Positions 1 to 10,722 of a DNA stretch of 34,199 bases are shown here, in pieces. This DNA comes from Chthonomonadales bacterium (GTDB lineage Bacteria > Armatimonadota > Chthonomonadetes > Chthonomonadales > CAJBBX01). Within the stretch, counting starts at the first letter, position 1, and each line of letters opens with the position of its first letter. The stretch is from contig JBMFSQ010000034.1 of NCBI GenBank assembly GCA_049967475.1, positions 1 to 34,199 on the forward strand. Reading direction: 5' to 3'. The position numbers and the translations under genes were made by a program. The notes beneath the pieces are model-generated. The model made no database searches and had not been told where the DNA came from. It saw only the letters and a program-made list of their open reading frames with translations.

Positions 1-116
1 GGCATGTGTGGCTTGAGGCGCAGGGAAGCACCGTCACAGCGGCGTATACCTATGGCAACGGGCTCCTCCGCAAGGATGGGGAGTATCCGCTCTTTGACGG
101 GCTAGGCTCAGAAAGA
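1..116 (+). pseudogene. RHS/YD-repeat protein fragment, truncated just before the RHS-associated core
   Basis: Frame from nt 3 reads HVWLEAQGSTVTAAYTYGNGLLRKDGEYPLFDGLGSER (YTYG..L, D.LGS typical of late RHS repeats). It then runs into unrelated sequence. The 5' part lies outside the window. Confidence 0.75.
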
Positions 117-797
117 CGCTGTCATCGGACTATGGCCGGGCTTCCTGCATGCGCTTGCGTGCCTCGCCCGTCAACTCACGCGTCGGTTCGTTGTGCGCCA
201 CATGGTTGCGAAGGTCGCGGATCCTGCTCACCGCCGCATGGAGTTCCTTGAGCGGCTTGTTTTGAGATAGTGCTTGGCCATGCGGTCCGCGAAAGCGTCA
301 TCGTCATAGATCCGACACCAGGCAACCCCGCCCTGGATCTCCTTGAGGTCGAAGGGCGTCTTACGGTCCTGCTCTCACCCGGCATTCTGACGAAGCAGTT
401 CGTCGAGTTTATCGCCGACGGGTTCCTGGGCGCTCTTGGACCTGAACGGGTATCGCTCGCCTGGATAGCCCTCAACCCGTTCGTACAGTTGGTCCCCTAG
501 CGCACCCTCGAAAAACGCCACCGTCCCATGAACGGCCATAGGGGTGTCTCCCGCGCGAGGGGCCGGATAGGTTGGCGCGAAGCACGGCCCGCGCGGCCAT
601 GCGCCTGTGGGTGAGGCCCGAGATATCGCACTCTTGAGGCGTGGCTAGCGACGATGAGAATTTCGCGAGCCAATCCACCACCTGGGTCCATTCCTGGCGG
701 GGCTCATCGTTGATGTGCTCCACCGCACCCCAAGCCGCAAGCAGGTCGCCTTTCTTGATCAGGGACACGGTTTGCGAGGGAACAGGGTGGCGGCCGG
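105..797 (-). pseudogene. Disrupted HEPN-domain RNase, probably the C-terminal half of a CARF-HEPN (Csm6/Csx1-like) protein
   Basis: Three stitched minus frames: SLIKKGDLLAAWGAVEHI...RRMAARAVLRANL / frameshift ~564-567 / APRAGDTPMAVHGTVAFFEGALGDQLYE...NAG*(375-377)EQDRK...MAKHYLK / frameshift ~259-263 / KPLKELHAAVSRIRDLRNHVAHNEPTRELTGEARKRMQEARP*(130-132)SDDSVFLS. R-x4-H motif RNHVAH at 210-193. Confidence 0.7.
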
Positions 798-1486
<689 letters not shown>

Positions 1487-1487
<1 letters not shown>

Positions 1488-4255
1488 CAGTTTTCACTCT
1501 CCGCTTCCGGGCTCGGGGAGGCAGCCGTCTGCTCCGCCGCGTTTGACACCGGCGCCAGCGGTAGGGCCAGGGACACGATCGTGCCGCCGCCGGGCCGACC
1601 CTCCGCCCAAATTCGCCCACCATGGGCCTCGACGATGCCTTTGCTGATAGAGAGCCCCAGGCCGATGCCGATTTGGCCCTCATCGCTGTTGGCGCGGCGG
1701 AACGTGTCGAAGACGCCTTCCAGGTCGCCATGCGGAATGCCCTTGCCGCGGTCGGCAACCGAAAGCACGGCCATGCCGCCGTCCGTTGTCGCTGTGATCT
1801 CCACGGGCGACCCCGGCGGCGAGTATTTCACGGCGTTGTCCAGGAGGTTGACGAGGACCCGGACTAGAAGCACAAGATCCGCGAGCACCAAAGGGAAATC
1901 GGGTGGGATCTGGACGCTGACGGGCCGACCCTTGAGGCGCTCTCCGAGATCGGCGAGAGCGGCCCCTACTGCATCCTGGACGTCGCAGGGCTCTTCCTTG
2001 ATCCTTAGGGCGCCGGCCCGCAGGCGCGACATATCCAGCAGGTTTGCCACCAAACGGTTCAAGCGTTCAGCCTCGTCCCAGGCCGTCTGCAGCAGCTCCT
2101 CGCGGGTAGCCGCATCAAGCATTGGGCCCGCCTCCTTCTCGCCCTGGCGGCGCTGCCGCAGACTGCTCAGGATCCCGGTTATTGACGCCAGTGGTGTTCG
2201 CAGCTCGTGGGACACGGAGTTGAGGAGGGCTGTCTGCAGCTTTTCGGTGGCGCTGAGCATCTCGACCTGGCGGGCCTGTTCGGCGAGCCGGACCCGCTCG
2301 AAGGCGAGGGCGGCCAGGCTGACGAAAGCCTCGAGCAGCCTTCTACGGTCGGGTGGCTCCGGGCCTGGAGCGTCTCCGCGCCTCACACCTAAAACCCCCA
2401 GCGTACCTCTCGCTGTGACCATGGGCAGATAGCGGAGGGCTGCTCCCGGAAGGGTGTCCGTGCCTTCGCCGGCTGGCTGGCCGTGTTTAAAAGCCCAATC
2501 CGCGACGGCGAGTTCGTTGGCATCCAACGGAAGGCTAGGCGTAGCGCGGTATACCTCGAGCCCGGTGTCACTATCCGAGCGGCGTCGGGCGGGCACGAAG
2601 ATGACGACGCCGTAGCCGAACGTCTGGACGATCCGCTCGGACACGGCCTGGAAGACGGCTGCTGCGTCGGTAGCAGCGGCCAAGTCGCGACTAAGCGAGT
2701 AGACTTCGTAGGTCTCGGCCTCTCGCTGCTGGGCGGCGCGCACCTGGTGAGCCACCTGGGCAGCGAGCGTGCTGATGACGAGGCTCACCGTGAACAGCCC
2801 GAGGAAAGTCAAAGCATATTGCGTGTCGGAGAAAGCCAGCGAGAACCGGGGTGGGACGAAGAGGAAGTCGAAGGCAGCCACGCTGAGCGCCGAGGCCAGG
2901 ATGGAGGGCCCGCGCCCCAGGTACAGCGCCGCCATCACGACCACGGCGAGATAAAGCATAATGAGGTTCGCGGGGTCGAACAGGTCGCGGATCGGAAAGC
3001 CGAGAAGGCTTGCCCCGACCACGAGAGCCATGCTCCATAGGTAGGGCCGGAGCCGGGAGGGCGTCGCCCGCCTCCCCTGGGCTCGAGATTTGGGGCCTTC
3101 CTGGTCGGGTGCCTGGACCGCGCTGTTGATGACGTAGACGTCTATTATGCCGCTCCGGCGGATGATCTGGTCCACAACGGATCCGTGCAGCAGTTCGACG
3201 ATACGCGGCTTTTGCGGCGTGCCCACCAGGATCTTCGTAACGTTGTGTTGGCGGGCATAAGCCACTACCGCATCGGCTACGGAGGGGGCCGTGCGCACTG
3301 CGACCTTCGCTCCCAGCTCCTCAGCTAATCGCAGGTTCTGGGAGAGGGCGTCGCGGGCAGCGGGCGCAAGGCACGCCGAAGGAGGCGTTTCGACGTGGAG
3401 GGCGTGCCATTCTGCCTTGAGCTCATCCGCGAGCCTCCGGGCTGTCCGCAGCAACCGGGCGTTCATCGGCCCCGACCCGATGCATACGAGCAGTCGGTCG
3501 CCAGCCGGCCAGGGACCTTGAATGGCGCGCGTCCGCATGTAGGTCTGCATCTGGTCGTCTACGCGGACTGCTGCCCTGCGCAGCATCATCTCCCGCAATG
3601 CCGTCAGGTTCCCCTTGCGGAAGAAGCGCTGGATGGCCAGGGCCGCCTGGGGTGGCACATACACCTTCCCCTCGGCGAGGCGCTGCCGAAGCTCGTCGGG
3701 CGGCAGGTCTACAACCTCAAGGTCGTCGGCAGCGTCGAGGATGCGGTCGGGCACGGTCTCGTGGACCTTAACGCCCGTGATCTGGGCCACGGCGTCGTTG
3801 AGGCTCTCGATGTGCTGGATGTTAAGGGTAGTGAGGACGTCAATACCGGCGGCGAGTAGCTCCTCTACGTCGTGGTAGCGCTTGGGGTGGCGGGAGCCGG
3901 GGGCATTGGTGTGGGCCAGCTCGTCCACCAGGGCCAATTGAGGCTTGCGGGCGAGCACTGCGTCCACATCCATCTCTTCAAGCTGGATGCCGCGGTACTC
4001 GACTTTGCGGCGTGGGATGACCTCCAGTCCCGCCAGCAGCTCCTCGGTTTCGGGCCGGCCGTGCGTCTCTACGAAGGCGACAACCACGTCCACGCCTTCG
4101 GCACGGCGCTGATGCGCGGCGTGGAGCATAGCGTAGGTCTTCCCTACGCCGGCGGCATAGCCCAGAAAAATCTTCAGCCGCCCCCGCCGCTCGCGTCCCT
4201 CCTCGGAGGCGAGGCCGTCAAGCAGTTCATCTGGATCCGGCCGCTGATACTCCAC
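1487..4255 (-). CDS. kdpD: K+-sensing histidine kinase KdpD
   Basis: KdpD domain ([16 protein letters not shown]), Usp domain, 4 TM helices, GAF, HisKA (SHELRTPL), HATPase. Confidence 0.97.
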
Positions 4256-4838
4256 CCCGCCACCTCCCTTGGGCTTGGTCCAGCGCCAAGTTCACCTTCA
4301 AGACATTGACCCGCGGTTCACCCAGGAAGCCGAGCTGCCTGCCGACCGTGAAACGCTGCAGGATCCGTCGCACCTCGGCCTCAGACATGCCTCGAGCCCG
4401 GGCGACCCGCGCCACCTGATAATCCGCCGCGGCGAGGCTTATGTTCGGGTCAAGGCCGCTGGCGGAGGCCGTGACGAGGTCCACCGGCACGGGCCCTCGA
4501 CGGGACGGATCGGCCGCCCGGAGCGCCGCCAGGCGACGGTTCACTTCCTCGGCCAAGCGGGGGTCCAGGGGGCCGATGTTCGCGCCTGCCGATGCGGCGG
4601 CGTTGTACGCAAAGGGCTCTGTTACCGACGGGCGTCCCCAAAAGTAGCCTGCCGCCGAGAACGGCTGGCCGATCAGCTCGGACCCCACCGGTCGGCCCTC
4701 TCTCATAATAAGACTGCCCTCGGCTTGGCGTGGGAAGAATACCTGAGCCAAACCTGTAACCACAAGCGGATATACCAAGCCGGTGAGCAGTGTAAAGAGC
4801 GCGAGCGCTACTAGCGCGGCGCGAACTTGAGTGAGCAT
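4227..4838 (-). CDS. kdpC: K+-transporting ATPase subunit C
   Basis: N-terminal [38 protein letters not shown] motifs. Confidence 0.96.
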   Translation of the reverse strand: MLTQVRAALVALALFTLLTGLVYPLVVTGLAQVFFPRQAEGSLIMREGRPVGSELIGQPFSAAGYFWGRPSVTEPFAYNAAASAGANIGPLDPRLAEEVNRRLAALRAADPSRRGPVPVDLVTASASGLDPNISLAAADYQVARVARARGMSEAEVRRILQRFTVGRQLGFLGEPRVNVLKVNLALDQAQGRWRGGVSAAGSR

Positions 4839-4886
4839 CGTAGGAACACTCCTATTCGGGCAAAGGAGCCGACAGCCGACCGCGGC

Positions 4887-6974
4887 TCAGGCCAGCCCGA
4901 TGGCCACCAAGAGCATATCTAGCAGCTTAATCCCTATGAAGGGCGCAACGAGACCGCCCAGCCCGTAGATGAGCAGGTTGTCACGAAGGATCTGCGCTGC
5001 GTTCACGGGCCGATAGCGCACTCCGCGCAGCGCGAGCGGTATCAGAGCAATGATGATGAGCGCGTTAAAGATCACGGCGGCCAGAATGGCGCTCTGGGGT
5101 GTCGCGAGGTGCATGAAGTTCAGGGCGCGAAGGGCTGGATAGGTCGGCGCGAAGGCCGCGGGGATGATGGCGAAATACTTCGACACGTCGTTGGCGATGC
5201 TGAAGGTTGTCAGCGCCCCACGTGTCATGAGAAGCTGCTTGCCGATCTCGACGATCTCGATGAGCTTTGCGGGGTTACTGTCGAGGTCTATCATGTTGGC
5301 AGCTTCGCGGGCTGGCTGGGTGCCGGTGTTCATGGCCACCGCTACGTCAGCCTGGGCCAAGGCAGGCGCATCATTGGTGCCGTCGCCGGTCATCGCCACC
5401 AGACGCCCTCCGGCCTGATGCTGGCGGATGAGGGCCAGCTTAGCCTCAGGTGTAGCCTGGGCGAGGAATTCGTCAACGCCCGCCTCCGCGGCGATGGCCG
5501 CTGCCGTCAATGGGTTGTCGCCAGTGAGCATCACGGTTCGAATACCCATACGGCGCAAGTGCGAGAATCGCTCCCGCAAGCCGTGCTTCACCACGTCCTT
5601 GAGGTGGACCACACCCAACACCACCGCATTGCGGGCCACTACCAACGGTGTGCCGCCGGCCCGCGCGATGGCCTCTACGGCTGCATCCACCTGGGCGGGT
5701 AGCGTGCCGCCCTGACTTTCGACATAAGCTCGGATCGCGTCCGGCGCACCTTTGCGGATGCTTACGCCATTCACATCCACGCCGCTCATCCGCGTCTGAG
5801 CCGTGAAGGGGACGAAATGCAGGGTCTCCTTGCCGTGCGTCTCTTGCCCGCGCAGTCCGTATTCGTCCTTCGCCAGAACCACGATACTCCGCCCTTCCGG
5901 CGTTTCGTCCGCCAAGGAGGCGAGCAAAGCCGCCTGCGCAAGGTCCCTTTTGTTCACACCGTCTGCGGGGACGAACTCCACCGCCTCGCGATTGCCGAGG
6001 GTGATCGTGCCGGTCTTGTCCAGCAGCAGGACGTCCACGTCGCCCGCCGCCTCGACAGCCCGGCCTGACATGGCGATTACCCGGCGTTGGATCAGCCGGT
6101 CCATGCCGGCGATGCCGATGGCCGACAACAATCCTCCGATGGTCGTGGGGATCAGACAGACGAGGAGCGCCAACAGGACCGTCAGGGTGATAGGCGCCCC
6201 TCTGCCGGCCGCCTCGACGCTATAGAGCGAGAAGGGTAGGAGCGTTGCGCACACAACCAGGAAGACGATGGTGAACCCGGCCAGCAGGATGCTCAATGCG
6301 ATCTCGTTGGGCGTCTTCTGGCGCTGTGCGCCCTCGACGAGGAGTATCATGCGGTCCAGAAACCCCTGGCCCGGGTCGGCAGTGACCCGCACCACGAGCC
6401 AATCCGACAGCACTCGCGTTCCCCCCGTGACGGCGCTGCGGTCGCCGCCGGATTCGCGTATGACCGGAGCGCTCTCGCCAGTGACCGCACTCTCGTCAAC
6501 CGAGGCGATACCCGCGACCACCTCGCCATCGGCGGGGATCGTATCGCCGGCCTCCACGAGGAAAAAGTCGCCTCGGCGCAGGTCGGTTGAAGGCACCAGC
6601 TCGTAGCTCGCGTCCTTTTGTGGGCGGCGGAGACGCTTGGCTTGCGTCTGCTGGCGCGTGCGGCGCAAGGCGTCGGCCTGGGCCCTTCCGCGCCCTTCAG
6701 CGAGGGCCTCCGAAAAGTTCGCGAAGAGAACCGTAAACCACAACCACAGGGACACAGTCCCGATGAAGCGCAGCGGAGCTTCGCCTCGGCCTGCAAGCGC
6801 CTGAGCCCATAGTATGGTGGTCAGGACGCTACCGACTTCGACGACAAACATAACCGGGTTACGGAACATCCAGCGCGGGTCCAGCTTGGCGAAGGCCATC
6901 AGGGTCGCCCGCCAGTACAGACCCCGGCGTAGCTCGGCTTTGCGGAGCATTCTCGATTTCGATTCCGTGAGCAT
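4887..6974 (-). CDS. kdpB: K+-transporting P-type ATPase subunit B
   Basis: TGES, DKTGT, TGDN and [10 protein letters not shown] motifs; [17 protein letters not shown]. Confidence 0.98.
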   Translation of the reverse strand: MLTESKSRMLRKAELRRGLYWRATLMAFAKLDPRWMFRNPVMFVVEVGSVLTTILWAQALAGRGEAPLRFIGTVSLWLWFTVLFANFSEALAEGRGRAQADALRRTRQQTQAKRLRRPQKDASYELVPSTDLRRGDFFLVEAGDTIPADGEVVAGIASVDESAVTGESAPVIRESGGDRSAVTGGTRVLSDWLVVRVTADPGQGFLDRMILLVEGAQRQKTPNEIALSILLAGFTIVFLVVCATLLPFSLYSVEAAGRGAPITLTVLLALLVCLIPTTIGGLLSAIGIAGMDRLIQRRVIAMSGRAVEAAGDVDVLLLDKTGTITLGNREAVEFVPADGVNKRDLAQAALLASLADETPEGRSIVVLAKDEYGLRGQETHGKETLHFVPFTAQTRMSGVDVNGVSIRKGAPDAIRAYVESQGGTLPAQVDAAVEAIARAGGTPLVVARNAVVLGVVHLKDVVKHGLRERFSHLRRMGIRTVMLTGDNPLTAAAIAAEAGVDEFLAQATPEAKLALIRQHQAGGRLVAMTGDGTNDAPALAQADVAVAMNTGTQPAREAANMIDLDSNPAKLIEIVEIGKQLLMTRGALTTFSIANDVSKYFAIIPAAFAPTYPALRALNFMHLATPQSAILAAVIFNALIIIALIPLALRGVRYRPVNAAQILRDNLLIYGLGGLVAPFIGIKLLDMLLVAIGLA

Positions 6975-7018
6975 AACCGCATCCCACCTGTGAGCGCCTG
7001 GTGCCTACGCCTTCGGCC

Positions 7019-8761
7019 TCAGTGCGCCATTATAAGCTGCTCGACGATCGGCCCAAGCGCCAGCGCCGGCAGGAAGCTCAGCGCACCTACCATGATCACT
7101 ACGCCCAAAAGCCAACCCACGAACAAGGGCGTGTGCGTCGGCAGCGTGCCTGCGCTCACCGCCACCTTACGTTTCGCCGCGAGGGACCCGGCAATCGCCA
7201 GAGCCGGTATCGCGCACCAGTAGCGGCTGATGAGCATGGCCAAGCCCAGTATCACGTTGTAGAAGGGAGTATCGGCATTCAGCCCCGCGAAGGCGCTGCC
7301 ATTGTTGTTTCCGGCGGACGAAAAGGCGTAGAGCACCTCGCTGAAGCCATGGGGCCCGGGGCTCGAGATCGCCGCTCGGCCGGCCGGCGTCATAACGGCT
7401 ACCGCCGTCCCCAGGAGGACCACGAGTATCGGGATCAAAAGGATCAACGCCGCCATCTTCATTTCATAGGCTTCGATCTTCTTTCCAAGGTATTCGGGCG
7501 TCCGCCCCACCATTAGCCCCGCGACGAACACCGCTACGACCACGAAGGCGAACATTCCGTAGAGACCCGATCCTACGCCGCCGTAGACTACCTCGCCGAG
7601 CTCCATCAGCCACATGGGGACGAGCCCTCCGAGAGGCATGTAGGCCTCGTGCATCGAGTTGACACAGCCGTTGGAAGCCGCAGTGGTGGCCACAGCCCAG
7701 ACCGCAGACATTGCCGCGCCGAAGCGCACCTCTTTTCCCTCCATGTTGCCGCCGGATTGGAGCGGCCCGGTTCTTTGGTCTATGCCGAGCCGCGCTAGAG
7801 CCGGGTTCGGCTGTACCTCCGCCCATACCGCGACGCCAAGCGTTGCCACAAACAGCACCGTCATTGCGGATAGTAAGGCCCATCCCTGCCGCCGGTCGCC
7901 GCACATCTCGCCATACGTATAGCAGAGAGCCGCAGGGACAACCAATATCGCCAGCATCTCGAGAAAGTTGCTCAGGGGCGTCGGATTCTCGAAGGGATGA
8001 GCCGAATTCACGCCGAAGAACCCGCCGCCGTTGGTGCCGAGCTGCTTGATGGCCACTTGTGACGCTGCCGGCCCGAGGGCTAGGGTCTGACTGACCACCC
8101 GGCGGCCCTGGGTGTCCTGGACAGGCTGCAACAGGGGTACCGTCCGGTAGGGCTTTAGGGTCTGAACAACGCCCTGAGAGACGAGTACGAGCGCCAGCAC
8201 GAGAGACAAGGGCAACAGGATATACAGGGTGCTACGGGTGAGGTCTACCCAGAAGCTTCCCAGTGTCTTTGCGGATTGGCGCGCCAGCCCGCGAAGAAGC
8301 GCAACCAGCACCGCCATCCCCGCGGCTGCCGACACGAAGTTTTGGACCGTGAGTGCTGCCATCTGCGTCAGATAGCTCATGGTTGTCTCGCCCGAGTAAC
8401 CCTGCCAGTTGGTATTGGTGACGAAGCTTGCGGCGGTGTTGAAGGCAGAATCGGGCGAAACGGCGCCTAGGTGCTGCGGGTTGAGCGGCAGGGCGCCCTG
8501 GAGTCGCTGGAGCGCGTAGACCGCGAGGAAGCAGGCGGCGTTGAACAGCAGGAAGGCCACCGCGTAGGTCTGCCAGTCCATCTCCTCATCCGGCCGCACG
8601 CCGCAAAAGCGGTAGATAAGGCGCTCCACCGGCCCGAGGAGGCGATCGAGGCTAACCCGGCGCCCCTCGTAAACCCGGGCCATGTAGCTGCCCAGGGGCT
8701 TCACCAAAACCAGCAGTGTCGCGAGAAACGCGACTATCTGTACGCCGTCCGCAGAGGACAT
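7019..8761 (-). CDS. kdpA: K+-transporting ATPase subunit A
   Basis: Filter motifs [33 protein letters not shown]. Start set to the ATG overlapping the kdpF stop (TGATG) rather than 8770. Confidence 0.97.
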   Translation of the reverse strand: MSSADGVQIVAFLATLLVLVKPLGSYMARVYEGRRVSLDRLLGPVERLIYRFCGVRPDEEMDWQTYAVAFLLFNAACFLAVYALQRLQGALPLNPQHLGAVSPDSAFNTAASFVTNTNWQGYSGETTMSYLTQMAALTVQNFVSAAAGMAVLVALLRGLARQSAKTLGSFWVDLTRSTLYILLPLSLVLALVLVSQGVVQTLKPYRTVPLLQPVQDTQGRRVVSQTLALGPAASQVAIKQLGTNGGGFFGVNSAHPFENPTPLSNFLEMLAILVVPAALCYTYGEMCGDRRQGWALLSAMTVLFVATLGVAVWAEVQPNPALARLGIDQRTGPLQSGGNMEGKEVRFGAAMSAVWAVATTAASNGCVNSMHEAYMPLGGLVPMWLMELGEVVYGGVGSGLYGMFAFVVVAVFVAGLMVGRTPEYLGKKIEAYEMKMAALILLIPILVVLLGTAVAVMTPAGRAAISSPGPHGFSEVLYAFSSAGNNNGSAFAGLNADTPFYNVILGLAMLISRYWCAIPALAIAGSLAAKRKVAVSAGTLPTHTPLFVGWLLGVVIMVGALSFLPALALGPIVEQLIMAH

Positions 8762-8850
8762 CAGAACCACTCCGGCTTCAGCAGTGCAGCGAGAAGGTAT
8801 GCGAGTAAGGCCACCGCAATGAGCGCCAAGAGGATGTACTCATCTACCAC
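8761..8850 (-). CDS. kdpF: K+-transporting ATPase subunit F (29 aa)
   Basis: GTG start after [38 protein letters not shown] has the KdpF YL..ALL.PE.F signature. Too short for the ORF track. Confidence 0.92.
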   Translation of the reverse strand: MVDEYILLALIAVALLAYLLAALLKPEWF

Positions 8851-8851
8851 A

Positions 8852-8944
8852 TCAATCACCCCCCAAACGGCCGCACGCCCAGACCAGCATAAGGCTGGCA
8901 GCGAAGAATGTTATGCCTAAGAGCATATAGACCAGATCAATCAT
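8852..8944 (-). CDS. 30-aa hydrophobic peptide upstream of kdpF
   Basis: MIDLVYMLLGITFFAASLMLVWACGRLGGD; GGAGG SD upstream; stop 1 nt before the kdpF start. Confidence 0.75.
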   Translation of the reverse strand: MIDLVYMLLGITFFAASLMLVWACGRLGGD

Positions 8945-8976
8945 CGCAGAAGGCCTCCAGCCGATATCCGGGGAGT

Positions 8977-9043
8977 ACTGTACCGTCGAATGGGGTCAAG
9001 AGGTGGACAAGAAGTCGGAGCGCACGCGTCAAGAAGGGGTCAA
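8977..9043 (-). promoter_or_regulatory. kdp promoter: -10 TACAGT plus four TTG(A/T)C half-sites in 11-bp phase (candidate KdpE boxes)
   Basis: Plus-strand G(T/A)CAA at 8995, 9006, 9028 and 9039; ACTGTA at 8977-8982. Confidence 0.6.
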
Positions 9044-9055
9044 AATAGCAGGCTC

Positions 9056-9085
9056 TTGACTCAGGGTGCGGGTGGTGCGTAAAAT
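9056..9085 (+). promoter_or_regulatory. sigma70-type promoter of tRNA-Asn
   Basis: TTGACT-N18-TAAAAT. Confidence 0.65.
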
Positions 9086-9125
9086 AGTAGCTGCTTCGCG
9101 GCCAGAGTTGGCCGGTCGGCACCGA

Positions 9126-9197
9126 TCCCCGTTAGCTCAACGGCAGAGCATCCGGCTGTTAACCGGAGGGTTGGTAGTTCGAATCTACCACGGGGAG
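9126..9197 (+). tRNA. tRNA-Asn (GTT)
   Basis: Acceptor TCCCCGT/ACGGGGA plus G; anticodon arm TCCGG-CTGTTAA-CCGGA; T arm GGTAG-TTCGAAT-CTACC; CCA not encoded. Confidence 0.96.
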
Positions 9198-9463
9198 TTA
9201 CCTCACTGCCCTTCGGATCGCGCCCCCTAGTGGTTGCCAGCGGATGCTCCCTTGCGCAAGGCGGGCTTACGTTGGGCGCCCGGCACAGGCCCTGAATCTC
9301 CCTCCAGAAGCATTGAAAACTCGGCGATTGTGTGCCACGGCAAGGGACATCTCTCCCGTTTCCCGCGATGCGAGCGCGTTGCGATGCATCACGAACGCAA
9401 TCCTACGCCGGTGGCCCGCAGACACGCTGCCGATGCGCTTTCCATTCGGGTGGCGGCGGTTCG

Positions 9464-10036
9464 TTAGGAGATGCTTTCCGCCGGTTCCGTGACTGGGTCC
9501 GCCAGAAGGAGCCGCATCATCTGGCGGGCGCGATGGATGCGCGAGCGGATGGTAGGAACGGAGCAGTGCAGTCTAGCGGCGATGGCTGAATGGGCTTCCT
9601 GGCGGATGACCGCAGCCATTAGGGGTTCCCGGTAATGATGGGGGAGCCGTTCCAAAGCCTTTACGAGGCGAGCGTCCATCTCGTTGCGGAGGAACAGCTC
9701 TTCGGGATCGGCCTGTGCATCCTGCGTCCAAGGGCACTCGTTGCTGGAGGCTAGGGCATCGAGCGAACAAAAGTGCACGATGCGGCGCCTGCGGTAAAGA
9801 TCTACTGCCCGGTTCGTCACCATGCGGCAGATCCATCGCTGGAAGGATCGCGCTCGGTCAAAACGCTGGAAATGAGCCCATGCGGAGACGAAGGCTTCCT
9901 GGGTAAGGTCTTCGGCTTCGGCCGGGTGCCCCGTCAAGCGTAAGGCGAGTGCATACGCATTGGGGCGTGCTGCGCGCACCAAACGCTCAAACTCCTCGAT
10001 CATCGCGGCTTTGGGAGCCGAGGCGATGGATTTCAC
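9464..10036 (-). CDS. ECF (group 4) sigma-70 factor
   Basis: Region 2 AEDLTQEAF...SFQRWICRMVTNRAVD; region 4 IAARLHCSVPTIRSRIHRAR. GTG start at 10036 with AAGGAG SD and GTGA overlap with the upstream gene (the ORF track overextends to 10162). Confidence 0.9.
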   Translation of the reverse strand: MKSIASAPKAAMIEEFERLVRAARPNAYALALRLTGHPAEAEDLTQEAFVSAWAHFQRFDRARSFQRWICRMVTNRAVDLYRRRRIVHFCSLDALASSNECPWTQDAQADPEELFLRNEMDARLVKALERLPHHYREPLMAAVIRQEAHSAIAARLHCSVPTIRSRIHRARQMMRLLLADPVTEPAESIS

Positions 10037-10716
10037 GGAGCCTTCTCCTTGACGCACGGCTCGACGTTGGGAAGATACGGCTGAAAGCCGTCCACTAAGA
10101 TTGCGGTGACGAGATGGCACTTGCATGCGGCCGTGCGGATATGCTCGTAAATCTCCTGCCACATGATGCGCACGAGAGGATCTTCGTGGGTGGCGCGCGT
10201 GAGGTCTGTTTCAGCTTGGAGGACGGCTACCTCTGTTTCCCGGCTGAGATGGTTGATGGTATGGGCGGCGGCAATCAGCTCTCCGCGTCCGGCGCCCCGT
10301 GCGAAGGCCTGTATGGCTTCTGCTGTGGATTTGGTGAGGGCTGCGAGCCGAGCGGTGGCCAGATCCAGTTCCGGGTGGCACTCAGGCATGCGATAAAGCC
10401 CGAGGCGCGTGGCAGCACCCGTAATGGCATGCAGGACGGCATGAAGTGCGGCGTAGAGATCGGCCGCTTGCCCCTCTAAGCCGTCCGTGGCATCGGGCAC
10501 TTCAATCGGTGCGCCTGTAGCGTCGCGGTTGTAGGCTGCGTCTTCCACGGCGCGGACGTGGGCCCCAAGATGGCGGAAATCGCGGCTAAGCAGGTGCATT
10601 TCCTGGCCTGCACGGCGGATGGCGCCTGCCACGCGCAGAAGATGGGGTGCTGCCGTGCTCCGCTGGAGAGTTTGGCTTCGAGCAGGAAATCTAAGGGCGG
10701 CTTCGTGCTGCATCAT
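10033..10716 (-). CDS. Divergent DUF47/PhoU-like helical protein
   Basis: C-terminus DPLVRIMWQEIYEHIRTAACKCHLVTAIL resembles DUF47 DP..II.W.EIYE.LE.A.D.C..VA.I; HTINHLSRETE corresponds to I..LE.EAD with acidic residues lost. Confidence 0.6.
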   Translation of the reverse strand: MMQHEAALRFPARSQTLQRSTAAPHLLRVAGAIRRAGQEMHLLSRDFRHLGAHVRAVEDAAYNRDATGAPIEVPDATDGLEGQAADLYAALHAVLHAITGAATRLGLYRMPECHPELDLATARLAALTKSTAEAIQAFARGAGRGELIAAAHTINHLSRETEVAVLQAETDLTRATHEDPLVRIMWQEIYEHIRTAACKCHLVTAILVDGFQPYLPNVEPCVKEKAP

Positions 10717-10722
10717 TGCACC

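Noticed and set aside
6..251. 81-aa ORF as an intact gene
   Set aside because: Only the first ~37 codons are RHS-like; the rest is the antisense of the HEPN pseudogene.
375..377. In-frame TGA as selenocysteine or recoding
   Set aside because: It co-occurs with two frameshifts and a TAG in the same relic, and TGA is a normal stop elsewhere in the window, so decay is the simpler explanation.
8945..9125. c-di-AMP (ydaO) riboswitch upstream of kdp
   Set aside because: The space is occupied by two back-to-back promoters, the predicted leader is very short, and no ydaO motifs were seen.
9198..9463. ncRNA or small ORF between tRNA-Asn and the ECF gene
   Set aside because: No recognisable RNA family or convincing ORF; a covariance-model (Rfam) search would be needed.
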